Source of the DNA: a virus
Lineage: Duplodnaviria > Caudoviricetes
Direction: 5' to 3' (one strand)
Length of the DNA stretch: 60,762 nt
IMG/VR virus record: IMGVR_UViG_3300043410_001129
Location: 1-60,762 of that record
Position numbers and translations under genes: made by a program. Positions 8,410-17,339 of the stretch are shown piece after piece. Positions within the stretch are counted from its first letter, which is position 1. The number at the start of each line of letters is the position of its first letter. Under the pieces are notes generated by a model. That model searched no databases, had not been told where the DNA came from, and saw nothing but the letters and a program-made list of their open reading frames with translations.

Positions 8410-8439
8410 TCCCCAACGAAGTTGGGGATGAGGGGAATA
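8410..8439 (+). promoter_or_regulatory. GAA-triloop hairpin + TGAGGGGAATA element, copy 4
   Basis: TCCCCAAC-GAA-GTTGGGGA-TGAGGGGAATA, upstream of the CobS-like gene. Confidence 0.65.
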
Positions 8440-8485
8440 TTGGGGCTGCCAATCGGCGGCCCCTTTTCTTTTGGAGGATCAACCG

Positions 8486-10492
8486 ATGCTGACTAACGAC
8501 GAAATCTCCGAGCGACTTTCCGTTGCTCGCAAAGAACCATTCAAGACACGACGGCGAAGCGTCGACTCGATCATTGGCGACATGATCAAGTCCGAACTTC
8601 TGGCGTCGCCACATTATGACGTGTCAAAAGTTGTCACCCACTCCCCGATCTGCGGCACAGGCCCAGGCCAACTCAGCGTTAGGCCGTGGCTGTCGTCTAT
8701 CCTGTTGCAGACCCCGCTTCCCGTAAGGGAAGGGCTGATCGCTCACCACCTGAGCGGCGGCAAGGTGGGAACATCGGTGTTCGACGTCTTGCAAGCCATC
8801 CTTGAACCGTCTAAAGTTGGCGTCACAGACACCTCAACCAAGACGGGCTACCGCTTCGGGTGGCACACGGACTTCAACCAACCTGACACTGAGGCATGGC
8901 TCTGGACCCACCTCGAAGCCAAGCCACTCACACCTATCGCAACTGTTACGGAGACGCCAATGGCATTGACCCCCATCGACAGAGTCATAGACGCCCACGA
9001 CCGAGTGTTTATCTACGGTCGCTCGAATGACATGACTATCGAGCAGAAAATTCTGCTGACTCACGGCATCATCGAATACCTGCGCAACCACGGTCTTCTT
9101 GACGGCGAAGTTCACACGACGAGTGACTTCACCGATGCTCGTTCACTCATCGAGTGCCGTGGCTATGACGAGCCAGACGTTTACGACCGCACTTTCGCAC
9201 CACTCACGGGCCATATCCGCGACGTTGTCGTGGAGGCCATCAAACATTTCACAAAGCACAAGGAGATTTCCATGACCACCATCAGCACCACCTCTGTCGC
9301 CCCCGCCTTCGACCCCACCGCCATGATCAAGATGGTCGAGCCGATGCTCGCCATGGCAACGGGTGGCACGGTCACCACGTTCGACGACGTCAAGTCTCTC
9401 GAGGCTCGAGCAACTGCGCTCGCCAACGAGAACGTCACCCTTCACGCCGACCTGATGGCGGCTCGCAAGGCTGCCGCTAGTGCAGCTGCCACACCAATGG
9501 TGGTCGGTGAGATCAAGCGTGGCGATGAGACGGTCGGCTTCCCGACTGGCAAGCTGGGCATCGCCAAGGCCAAGGATGTATTCAACATCAAGGGCAAGAT
9601 GGCTGAGCGCTTCGACTTCGATGTGCCCATGTTCGAGTGGGATGGCCCGCATCCTTTGGTGCCAAGCGTCGACACGGACTATGTGTTCGAGAAGAAGAAC
9701 CTTGCCCTTGCACTCGATGCGCTTGTGGCTGGCGATAACACATGGGTCTACGGCCACACTGGTTCGGGTAAGACCACGTTCGTCGAGCAGATCGCGGCTC
9801 GATTGGGCTGGCCCCTCATGCGAGTCAACGGTGACTCGGACATCTCGCGCTTCGAGTTGATCGGCAAGACAGACTTCAAGGATGGCGAGACCACGTTCAC
9901 TCCTGGTGCGCTGGTCACAGCGCTCGAGGAGGGATGCCTCCTGCTGTGCGACGAGTTCGATGTGACCCGTAGCGAGACGGCCTATGTCCTCAACCGTATG
10001 CTCGAGATGAAGGGCTTGCTCCTCCTCGAAGATGGCGGTCGGTTCGTTGCGCCTCACCCCATGTTCCGCATGGTTGCGGCATGTAACTCGAGGGGCAACG
10101 GCGACGAGTATGGAATTTACCCTGCGGTTCGCACTCAGAGTGCGGCGACTCGCTCTCGCTTCACCGTGTTCATCGAGCATGACTACCTGAAGGCTGAGCA
10201 GGAACGTGAACTGATCATCGCCAAGACCAACGTCGCCAAAGACATCGCCGATAAGTGGGTGCGCCTCGCCAACGAGGTTCGTGAAGCCTTCAAGAAGGGG
10301 CGCATCCTCGAGGTGGTCTCGCCTCGTGAAGTGCTGGCCGCTTGCACACGTTACCAGCGTCTGACTGTGCGGCTTGGCGATGAGAAGGAGGCGCTCAAGA
10401 TGAGCGTCGAGGCGGCTGTGCTGGCACGTTGCTCGAGTGCTGACCGAGCCGTCGTGGCTGAGATTGTCCAGCGCATCTTCGCAGTATCGTAA
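8486..10492 (+). CDS. CobS/MoxR-like AAA+ ATPase with a long N-terminal extension
   Basis: Walker A GHTGSGKT, Walker B LLLCDEFD, HPMFRMVAACNSRG and TRSRF arginine finger. Confidence 0.9.
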   Translation: MLTNDEISERLSVARKEPFKTRRRSVDSIIGDMIKSELLASPHYDVSKVVTHSPICGTGPGQLSVRPWLSSILLQTPLPVREGLIAHHLSGGKVGTSVFDVLQAILEPSKVGVTDTSTKTGYRFGWHTDFNQPDTEAWLWTHLEAKPLTPIATVTETPMALTPIDRVIDAHDRVFIYGRSNDMTIEQKILLTHGIIEYLRNHGLLDGEVHTTSDFTDARSLIECRGYDEPDVYDRTFAPLTGHIRDVVVEAIKHFTKHKEISMTTISTTSVAPAFDPTAMIKMVEPMLAMATGGTVTTFDDVKSLEARATALANENVTLHADLMAARKAAASAAATPMVVGEIKRGDETVGFPTGKLGIAKAKDVFNIKGKMAERFDFDVPMFEWDGPHPLVPSVDTDYVFEKKNLALALDALVAGDNTWVYGHTGSGKTTFVEQIAARLGWPLMRVNGDSDISRFELIGKTDFKDGETTFTPGALVTALEEGCLLLCDEFDVTRSETAYVLNRMLEMKGLLLLEDGGRFVAPHPMFRMVAACNSRGNGDEYGIYPAVRTQSAATRSRFTVFIEHDYLKAEQERELIIAKTNVAKDIADKWVRLANEVREAFKKGRILEVVSPREVLAACTRYQRLTVRLGDEKEALKMSVEAAVLARCSSADRAVVAEIVQRIFAVS

Positions 10493-10519
10493 CAACCAAT
10501 TTCAACAGGAGAACATTAC

Positions 10520-10810
10520 ATGCAAACGGAAATGGTAAACATCGCGATTGAAGCTGACGACCCTGAGCGCATCCGTGCGCTCAAGATCATGAACTCACTG
10601 GCCCCATTGATCAGGTCCATTGCGAACCAAGCAGACGTGGATGGCTGTGCCATGATGTCGGCGATGATCATCTATGGCGTGACGCAATCGTTGCTCAATG
10701 GTCACGATGACTGCGTCGATCTCGCAGTCAAGATCGCCAAGGAGGCCGTCGCTGAGGGCGGCTTCGAAGAAGCCATGCCCTTCACCCACATCCACGACAC
10801 CATGAATTGA
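10520..10810 (+). CDS. Hypothetical protein
   Basis: AGGAG RBS. Lies between the AAA and vWA genes. Confidence 0.7.
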   Translation: MQTEMVNIAIEADDPERIRALKIMNSLAPLIRSIANQADVDGCAMMSAMIIYGVTQSLLNGHDDCVDLAVKIAKEAVAEGGFEEAMPFTHIHDTMN

Positions 10811-10821
10811 GGAGAACCAAT

Positions 10822-12768
10822 ATGATTAGACGCGAGACAACCCGTTCCGAGTTCGAGTCTGCGACTCGGGCAATGGCAGAACAGCTGAGCAAGACAGGGA
10901 CCAAGGTCGAGGTCGTGTTCAAGGGCGACGGCGCCTACACTGACGGGAGCAAGATCGTGCTGCCCGCAGGTGACAGCCTCGAGAAGATGACCCCCGAACA
11001 GCAGGGGGTCTTGGCTGGCTTCGTCGATCACGAGGCGGCGCACATCCTATACACGGACATGGATGCCTACGGCGGACACGAGAAGCGTTCGGCTGGCAAT
11101 CCGTTCTTTCACGAGCTGGTCAATGCCTGTGAGGACATGCGCATCGAGCCACAGATGATGCGGAACTGGGCGGGCACACGAGCCAACTTCGAGGACGTGA
11201 GCCGTGCTGTGAACGAGCGCACCTTCAAGGCGATGAAGCATGTCGAGGACAAGGCTGACTTTGCGTCCGAGGAGGAGTGGTTACCCGTGGTCACGACATG
11301 GGAGGGCCGCAAGCGCATGGGTATCAACGTAGACCTGCACAACCAGATGCTCGACATGATGACGCCAAGTGTCAGGAAGCTGGCGTCTCAGTTGTGTGAT
11401 CGCATCGCCACCATGAAGGATGGACGTGAAGGCACACGCCAGGTCATCGACTTGGTCAGCGAGATCGTCGAGGACTGGGACAAGATCAAGGAGAGCGTCA
11501 AGTCTGACGACGGCGACGAGAGCGACGACAAGGGCGACAGCGACGGCGACGACGGTGATCTGGGCACTGCCGGTGGCGGTGAGGCCAAGGAGGATGCCGA
11601 GGCCGTCAAGGCGGAGCGCGAGGATCGCGACGCCGCGACGGCCACTGAGGCGGAGACCAAGGTCAAGGCGACTGGCGACAAGTGGAAGGACATCAAGGTC
11701 AAGTCGTCGGGTCTAGCGAGCGAGGTTGTGGTTGGTCCTGCGGCTACCGGTTACCGCAATGTGGTGGGCGAGCCAATGTTCCATCACAGGACTAGCCCGC
11801 CGATGATGATGTTCGAGGCACGTCGTCACGACTGGGACCGCAAGGTCGACGTCAGTCAGGCCAAGGTGATGAACCAGCTTAGCGGTGACACCACCTACCA
11901 GTATGACATGGATGCGTTGCGTGGCAACGTGGCGACGATGCGAACCAAGTTGCGGCGGGCACTGATGGCCAAGCGTGATCGGGTCTGGGACGCTGGCTAC
12001 AAGTCTGGGCGCTTCGATGCACGGCGCATTGTGCCAGCGTTGCGTGGTGCCGAGGACGTCTACATGCGGCGTCGTTCGGGTGACGACATTGATACGGCTG
12101 TGCAGATCGTCGTCGACTGCTCGGGAAGTATGGGCGGCGAGAAGATCACGCTGGCCCGCAAGACAGCGGTGGCCCTGAGTTCTGCGCTCGAGGGAACCGG
12201 TGTTACCTATGAGATCGTGGGCTTCACGAGTCTGCGCACGGCCAAGGACGAGGTCGAGAAGAAGATGATCAGGGACCACATGAGGATGGGCGAGAGCAGT
12301 GCCACCCTCTATGGGGCGCTGGACCGTGTGCATATCTACGAGTTCAAGCGCTTTGATGAGCCACTGCGTGAGGCCAAGCGTGCGATTGGCAACATGGATG
12401 ACATGTGGCTGATGGAGAACAACGACGCAGACTCCCTGCTTGCGGTCTATCCGAGGCTCAAGAAGCGCCACGAACAGCGCAAGATCATGATGGTCCTGAG
12501 CGATGGCTCGCCATGCTGTGAGACTTATGGTGGGACACACACGATCCTGAACCGCCAACTCAAGAAGGTGGTCAGCATGATCGAGGCGGATGGCGTGAAC
12601 CTGATCGGCATCGGCATCATGACGGATGCGCCACGTCACTTCTACACGAAGCATGAGGTGGTCATGGACCTGAACTCACTGAGCGGGAGAGTGATCGACA
12701 ACATCTCGAAGATGCTGTTGGGCGAACGCTTCAATGCGGACAACGCCAAGGTGGCCAGTGCGGCCTGA
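10822..12768 (+). CDS. CobT-like protein with N-terminal HExxH domain, acidic linker and C-terminal vWA domain
   Basis: DHEAAH, MIDAS motif VDCSGSM, MVLSDGSP and IGIGI. Confidence 0.9.
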   Translation: MIRRETTRSEFESATRAMAEQLSKTGTKVEVVFKGDGAYTDGSKIVLPAGDSLEKMTPEQQGVLAGFVDHEAAHILYTDMDAYGGHEKRSAGNPFFHELVNACEDMRIEPQMMRNWAGTRANFEDVSRAVNERTFKAMKHVEDKADFASEEEWLPVVTTWEGRKRMGINVDLHNQMLDMMTPSVRKLASQLCDRIATMKDGREGTRQVIDLVSEIVEDWDKIKESVKSDDGDESDDKGDSDGDDGDLGTAGGGEAKEDAEAVKAEREDRDAATATEAETKVKATGDKWKDIKVKSSGLASEVVVGPAATGYRNVVGEPMFHHRTSPPMMMFEARRHDWDRKVDVSQAKVMNQLSGDTTYQYDMDALRGNVATMRTKLRRALMAKRDRVWDAGYKSGRFDARRIVPALRGAEDVYMRRRSGDDIDTAVQIVVDCSGSMGGEKITLARKTAVALSSALEGTGVTYEIVGFTSLRTAKDEVEKKMIRDHMRMGESSATLYGALDRVHIYEFKRFDEPLREAKRAIGNMDDMWLMENNDADSLLAVYPRLKKRHEQRKIMMVLSDGSPCCETYGGTHTILNRQLKKVVSMIEADGVNLIGIGIMTDAPRHFYTKHEVVMDLNSLSGRVIDNISKMLLGERFNADNAKVASAA

Positions 12769-12943
12769 GATCAGGAAGAGTTATCGGGTGCCGAGGGAGT
12801 GGCTGACTTGGATCAAGGGGTCAGCCGCTCTCAGATTTCTTGTGTGGCAACAATGCAAAAAGCAAGGCGTCCCAATGAAGGATCGCGATGCAGTAACGAG
12901 CATTGCAAATCAGGTGCAGCAGGTGCGTAAACGCACCTATTGA
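12758..12943 (+). CDS. Small basic hypothetical protein
   Basis: GTG start overlapping the CobT-like gene end. Confidence 0.5.
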   Translation: MRPEIRKSYRVPREWLTWIKGSAALRFLVWQQCKKQGVPMKDRDAVTSIANQVQQVRKRTY

Positions 12944-13173
12944 TTCTATCAACATGGCAATGTCACATTTATGGGGATGCGGAGATGGAGCAAGTATGCG
13001 GAGAGACTAGGGTGAAACTGACCAAGAACAAGAAGCCACCACGGGACACCGTGGCTGGCAAGGCACAGGTGTTGAAGCGCATCAAGTGGCTTAATGAATG
13101 GAGCGACAAGACAGGGGCTGAACTGAGGATTGATGAGAGCGGCCAACTCAAGGCAGTGATTGAATTGAGATGA
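12940..13173 (+). CDS. Small hypothetical protein (start may be further downstream)
   Basis: Operon context, followed by a terminator. Confidence 0.55.
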   Translation: MILSTWQCHIYGDAEMEQVCGETRVKLTKNKKPPRDTVAGKAQVLKRIKWLNEWSDKTGAELRIDESGQLKAVIELR

Positions 13174-13185
13174 GCGAGTAGACTT

Positions 13186-13218
13186 GCCCGCCACCCGAGA
13201 GTGGCGGGCTTTTATTTT
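13186..13218 (+). terminator. Rho-independent terminator
   Basis: GCCCGCCAC-CCGAGA-GTGGCGGGC-TTTTATTTT. Confidence 0.8.
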
Positions 13219-13252
13219 GAAGTGAGATGATTAAACCTAAACGAATAGGAGA

Positions 13253-13372
13253 ATGATGATGGAACCATCGCAATTCGGAGCGTTCGTGACCGGCCTTGTA
13301 GCAGGCACCGGCTTGACGCTGATCGTGCTTATCCACCTTGCACGAGAGTGGAGAGAGAAAGGACGCCCGTAA
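13253..13372 (+). CDS. 39-aa membrane peptide
   Basis: AGGAGA RBS, FGAFVTGLVAGTGLTLIVLIHL helix, and TAATG coupling to the next gene. Confidence 0.55.
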   Translation: MMMEPSQFGAFVTGLVAGTGLTLIVLIHLAREWREKGRP

Positions 13373-13602
13373 TGATTGAAGCAGACGTTTGGTTGAACAC
13401 TGGTGATGCGGCGCTTGTGCTGAGGCACGATGGTCGTATCGAGGTGAAGGCATTGGACCACAGCTTTCACAACAAGAACATCGTGACCTGTGTCGGGATG
13501 ATGTTTGCGTTGGAGAATGTCGAGTGGCGCAAACGATTGGAAGAGAGGGCAGCTTCCAAGTGGAAGACTGTGCTTGATGGTGGAGTGCGTAGTGATGACT
13601 GA
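13372..13602 (+). CDS. Hypothetical protein
   Basis: Translationally coupled ORF. Confidence 0.65.
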   Translation: MIEADVWLNTGDAALVLRHDGRIEVKALDHSFHNKNIVTCVGMMFALENVEWRKRLEERAASKWKTVLDGGVRSDD

Positions 13603-14047
13603 CTTGAGATTTGGAGTGAAGTGGGACCGCAGGTTTCTGAGGATGGCCAATGTCGTGGGGTCATGGAGCAAAGACCCTGGGCACAAGGTGGGGGCTGTGA
13701 TTGTCAGGCCCGACAGGACGGTGGCTGGCGTGGGCTACAACGGCTACCCGAGGGGCGTGGATGATACCTACGGGGCGAGGGAGCTGAAGCTACTGAAGAC
13801 GGTTCATGCGGAGATGAACGCGATCCTTTCGACGGGGGATGTGCGGGGCTTCGCGATCTATGTGGTGCCGCTGTTTCCCTGTGCGAATTGTGCGGCGGCC
13901 ATCATCCAGAGCGGGCTGAAGCGGGTGGTTGCGGCACAGCATGATGAGACGCCGGAGGCGTGGCGTGAACACTTTGAGATGGCCAAGTTTATGTTTGGTG
14001 AGGCTGGCGTTGCTTATGACACTTACGGGATTGGAGATGCGACATGA
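13595..14047 (+). CDS. dCMP deaminase
   Basis: WSKDP..KVGAVIV, GYNG, HAEMNA and PCANC zinc motifs. Confidence 0.93.
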   Translation: MTDLRFGVKWDRRFLRMANVVGSWSKDPGHKVGAVIVRPDRTVAGVGYNGYPRGVDDTYGARELKLLKTVHAEMNAILSTGDVRGFAIYVVPLFPCANCAAAIIQSGLKRVVAAQHDETPEAWREHFEMAKFMFGEAGVAYDTYGIGDAT

Positions 14048-14460
14048 TTGAGTGTTTGATTTTGGGTGACAGCATTGCGGTTGGGTTGGCACAGCATAAG
14101 CCTGAGTGCCAAGTGGTTGCGAAGGGTGGCATCAGTTCGGGGATGTTCAACGTCACCTACAAGGGTGACTTCGAGATGGCACAGACTGCGATCATTAGTC
14201 TGGGAACCAATGATTACAGGCAGATGAGGACCAAGGACGAGCTGGTGAAGATGCGCAAGCGCGTCATTGCAGGTCGTGTGTTCTGGATCGAGCCAATCTA
14301 TTCGCACCCCACGATTGGGCGTGACGCTGTGGAGTTGCAGAACATCATCGCCGAAGTGGCTGAGATGTTCGGGGACAGGGTGGTCGTGATCACCAACAGC
14401 AATGATGCGGTGCATCCGAACAAGACGGGGTATCTGAATATTGTGGAAGGGGTGAAGTGA
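14044..14460 (+). CDS. SGNH/GDSL hydrolase
   Basis: ILGDSI, SLGTND and DAVHP blocks. Confidence 0.85.
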   Translation: MIECLILGDSIAVGLAQHKPECQVVAKGGISSGMFNVTYKGDFEMAQTAIISLGTNDYRQMRTKDELVKMRKRVIAGRVFWIEPIYSHPTIGRDAVELQNIIAEVAEMFGDRVVVITNSNDAVHPNKTGYLNIVEGVK

Positions 14461-14768
14461 TGGACGAGGACAAAGGGGCGCGTATTTACCTGTTTGTGTG
14501 CGATGCACTCAAGGAGAACCCAGACTTGCTTGGTTGGGTTCTTAAAGGGATCACAGATGGCATGGCCCTATCTGTAGAACAGGCAAGAAAAGATCAGGTA
14601 GATTGGGAGGTCATCGCAAGTATGGCAATGAACAAACGGCTGATGGACGGAAACGAGTTATTTCTTGCTGATAAGATTGACGAATTGAAGCCCCGCTCAT
14701 CTTTAAATTGGGGGTGGTATGTAGAAAAATTGCGCGGAATTGTGGCGAAGAAGCAGGAGAAAGAGTGA
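14457..14768 (+). CDS. Hypothetical protein (lower GC)
   Basis: Coupled ORF. Confidence 0.7.
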   Translation: MMDEDKGARIYLFVCDALKENPDLLGWVLKGITDGMALSVEQARKDQVDWEVIASMAMNKRLMDGNELFLADKIDELKPRSSLNWGWYVEKLRGIVAKKQEKE

Positions 14769-14962
14769 TGGACATTGTTGAACGGTTGCGGAATTTGGAA
14801 TGGATGATAGATCAAAAAGAACTTAACGAAGCCGCTGACGAGATTGAACGGTTGCGGGAGGCGTTGGAAGAAGTTGGTTCATATGTGGCAGGGGGTGATT
14901 GGCATTATATGAGTGATAAAACATTAGCCGTTGTTGACCGAACACTAGGGGAGAAAGAGTGA
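14768..14962 (+). CDS. DIVERL-family small protein 1
   Basis: MDIVERL...EAADEIERLR. Confidence 0.75.
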   Translation: MDIVERLRNLEWMIDQKELNEAADEIERLREALEEVGSYVAGGDWHYMSDKTLAVVDRTLGEKE

Positions 14963-15144
14963 TGACTGACATTGTTGAAAGGTTGGAGCGCGATCTTGCG
15001 CTTGGTTTATCTGCAAGTATTGGCGATACGAAGAAAGCCATCGACGAGATCAAACGATTGCGGAAGGCACTGGAACGGATCGTCGATTGCGAGGAAGAGT
15101 TAGACCCGCAGAGCTATGCGGAGATTGTTTTGAAGGGGAGGTGA
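14962..15144 (+). CDS. DIVERL-family small protein 2
   Basis: MTDIVERL...KAIDEIKRLR. Confidence 0.75.
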   Translation: MTDIVERLERDLALGLSASIGDTKKAIDEIKRLRKALERIVDCEEELDPQSYAEIVLKGR

Positions 15145-15147
15145 GTG

Positions 15148-15381
15148 ATGACCGACATTGTAGAACGGGACATTGTTGAACGGCTGGAGGACTGCGCGAC
15201 GTTTGGTGCGGAAGGTGCTGAAGCACTTTGTGGCGAAGCCGCTTACGAGATTAAGCGGTTGCTGAGCAACGCTAAACAGGATGCACAATACCTGTTGGCT
15301 TACCATCGTATCTGTCAGAAGCATGGCATTGCCCCGTCGTCATCCGACTTGGTTGCCGCACTGAAGGAGAACGAGCCATGA
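15148..15381 (+). CDS. DIVERL-family small protein 3
   Basis: MTDIVERDIVERL...EAAYEIKRL. Confidence 0.75.
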   Translation: MTDIVERDIVERLEDCATFGAEGAEALCGEAAYEIKRLLSNAKQDAQYLLAYHRICQKHGIAPSSSDLVAALKENEP

Positions 15382-15899
15382 GCATGGCGCTTGAGGTGAT
15401 CAAGGGGGTGATCCCCAAGATGGAAGACGAGAGTCTGAGGGAACTGGCAAGTCTTTTGAATGAGACGATGGTGGCTAGGGGTCTGCGTGGCAGACCCACT
15501 GGCAAGCCAACGAGGGGAGAGATCACCGACGAGGAACTCGACAGGATGCTGGAGGACATTGCGAAGCCAGCTGATAAGCCGCCAGCCAAGGCCACGATGC
15601 GAAGCTGGAAGCGCAAGGTGACTAGCGTGGACTGGCAAGCGATGAAGGAGGGGCGTGGGTTCTATGCGTTGCCTGGTCCGTTCGTCAGATCGCATGAAGC
15701 CAACGAGGGTGTGGTCATTCATAAGAGTGTGGACGGCTACCAACTTTCGTTGAACGGAACTGTGTTGACGGATAGGGCGCACGGGAAATTTGGGCCAACC
15801 TACGAGGCAATGAACAGCCATCCGCAGGCCAACCTGATCTATACGGCAGCGCTGCTGGTGCTGAATGACAGCCACGAGCGGCACAAACTGGAGAGTTAG
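15378..15899 (+). CDS. Hypothetical protein
   Basis: AAGGAG RBS, coupled ORF. Confidence 0.7.
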   Translation: MSMALEVIKGVIPKMEDESLRELASLLNETMVARGLRGRPTGKPTRGEITDEELDRMLEDIAKPADKPPAKATMRSWKRKVTSVDWQAMKEGRGFYALPGPFVRSHEANEGVVIHKSVDGYQLSLNGTVLTDRAHGKFGPTYEAMNSHPQANLIYTAALLVLNDSHERHKLES

Positions 15900-16310
15900 A
15901 TGACAGATCACGAGAGTCTGGAGCAGCGGGTGGCGACGCTCGAGGCGCAGATGAGGATGATCTTACGGGAAATGGGAACTGAGAAGCTGGACCGTGACGT
16001 GGTGGCGTCGTTCGCGAGGATGACGCCACGGATGCACGGGGCCATGCAGTGCATACTGAATGGCATAGGCAACAGGGAGATTGCCGAGAGGTTTCATGTG
16101 CAGGAGACGACAGCCAAGGTCTATGTGCGGAGCATCGCCAAGAAGCTGGGGGTGAGGACGCGCAGTGAGATCGTGGCGAAGGCGCTTGCGACGTTTAAGG
16201 CGATGAGTGCCGATGAGTATTTGAGGTTGGCCAAGATCGAGAAGACTTGGTTCGAGGGTGGCGAGAAGTGGAGTGGCAAGGATGACGGAGAATTTTCTGG
16301 AGCTGATTGA
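15900..16310 (+). CDS. LuxR/NarL-type HTH DNA-binding protein with no sensor domain
   Basis: MTPR...GIGNREIAERFHVQETTAKVYVRSIAKKLGVRTRSE. Confidence 0.85.
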   Translation: MTDHESLEQRVATLEAQMRMILREMGTEKLDRDVVASFARMTPRMHGAMQCILNGIGNREIAERFHVQETTAKVYVRSIAKKLGVRTRSEIVAKALATFKAMSADEYLRLAKIEKTWFEGGEKWSGKDDGEFSGAD

Positions 16311-17325
16311 GAAGGGTGGTGTCTGGCATTGCCATGGGTGGGTGAACGGTGAGCGCATCAGGCGAAGCACCAAGACCAAGAACAGGCTTGAGGCTGAGGA
16401 GCAGAGGGTCAAGTGGCTGAGAGATGGTGAGGTAGGGGTGAGTCCTGGGAAGGCGGGACAGACTCTGAGGGATGTGATTGGGGCGTATCGGAACAGGCCG
16501 CGCAAGCGGCCTTATACTTATGACACGTTGAAGGCGCTGGACCGGATCGAGCGGGGCATGGGCGACGTCAAGCTGACGGCGCTCGATGCGAGGCGCGTCA
16601 ATGCGTGGGCGGACAAGGAGTATGACGAGACCAATCGGTTCAGCAGGATCAAGGGTCTGACGCTACTGAGGGCGGCGTGCCGGTATGGTGCGAGGATCGG
16701 GATGCTGAGCAGTGTGCCGCTCATTCATACGGAGCGGATCGAGAGCAAGCGTCTGAGGTTCTTGGAGAGGGCCGAGCTGAAGGTGTTCCTCGACGAATGT
16801 CGACGGGAGAGCGAGGCGCTGTGGGCGCTGTGCCAATTCATGGCGTTCACGGGTGGGCGACGGGGCGAGATCATTGCGCTGAGGTGGGACGAGATTGATT
16901 TCGAGCGGAGGCAGGTCACGTTCCAGAGCTTCAAGGGCAGGGATGGCAGGACCAAGAAGCGGACTGTGCCGCTGAATGAACCGGCGTTGGAGGCGGCGAG
17001 GGCGATGCTCAAGTTCAGGATCGTGGGAGCCAAGGACGATGTGGTGTTTAAGGGTCCGAGCGGGAAGGCGTGGAGGAGGAGGAAGGGGACCAAGCAAGCG
17101 ACGCATCCGATTGGGTGGAAGCGGGTGGTCGAGAAGTGTGGGCTGGTGGATTTCCATCCGCATGATCTGAGGCACACGTTTGCCAGCATGTTGCGGCGCG
17201 AGAAGCGGATGGAGTTGGATCGTATTGCCGAGTTGTTGGGTCATGCCACGCTAGAGATGACACAGATTTATGCGCACCTGATCGTGGAAGATTTCAGAGA
17301 GGACGTTGACAGCCTACGTCTTTAG
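16282..17325 (+). CDS. int: Tyrosine recombinase / integrase
   Basis: Catalytic residues in TGGRRGEI, HDLRHTFAS, LLGHA and IYAH, plus an N-terminal arm-binding-like segment. Confidence 0.93.
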   Translation: MTENFLELIEKGGVWHCHGWVNGERIRRSTKTKNRLEAEEQRVKWLRDGEVGVSPGKAGQTLRDVIGAYRNRPRKRPYTYDTLKALDRIERGMGDVKLTALDARRVNAWADKEYDETNRFSRIKGLTLLRAACRYGARIGMLSSVPLIHTERIESKRLRFLERAELKVFLDECRRESEALWALCQFMAFTGGRRGEIIALRWDEIDFERRQVTFQSFKGRDGRTKKRTVPLNEPALEAARAMLKFRIVGAKDDVVFKGPSGKAWRRRKGTKQATHPIGWKRVVEKCGLVDFHPHDLRHTFASMLRREKRMELDRIAELLGHATLEMTQIYAHLIVEDFREDVDSLRL

Positions 17326-17333
17326 AGTATTGT
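17306..17333 (+). promoter_or_regulatory. Sigma70 promoter TTGACA-N16-TATTGT for the putative sRNA
   Basis: Consensus -35 in the integrase 3' end. The predicted +1 (about 17340) coincides with the first hairpin base. Confidence 0.55.
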
Positions 17334-17339
17334 GGATAC

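Noticed and set aside
8486-12768. cobS/cobT as cobalamin auxiliary metabolic genes
   Set aside because: No cobN or other B12 genes are present, so gene symbols were withheld.
14756-15183. Junction repeats as a CRISPR-like array
   Set aside because: The repeats are RBS and coding sequence, spaced about 190 bp apart, with open reading frames between them.
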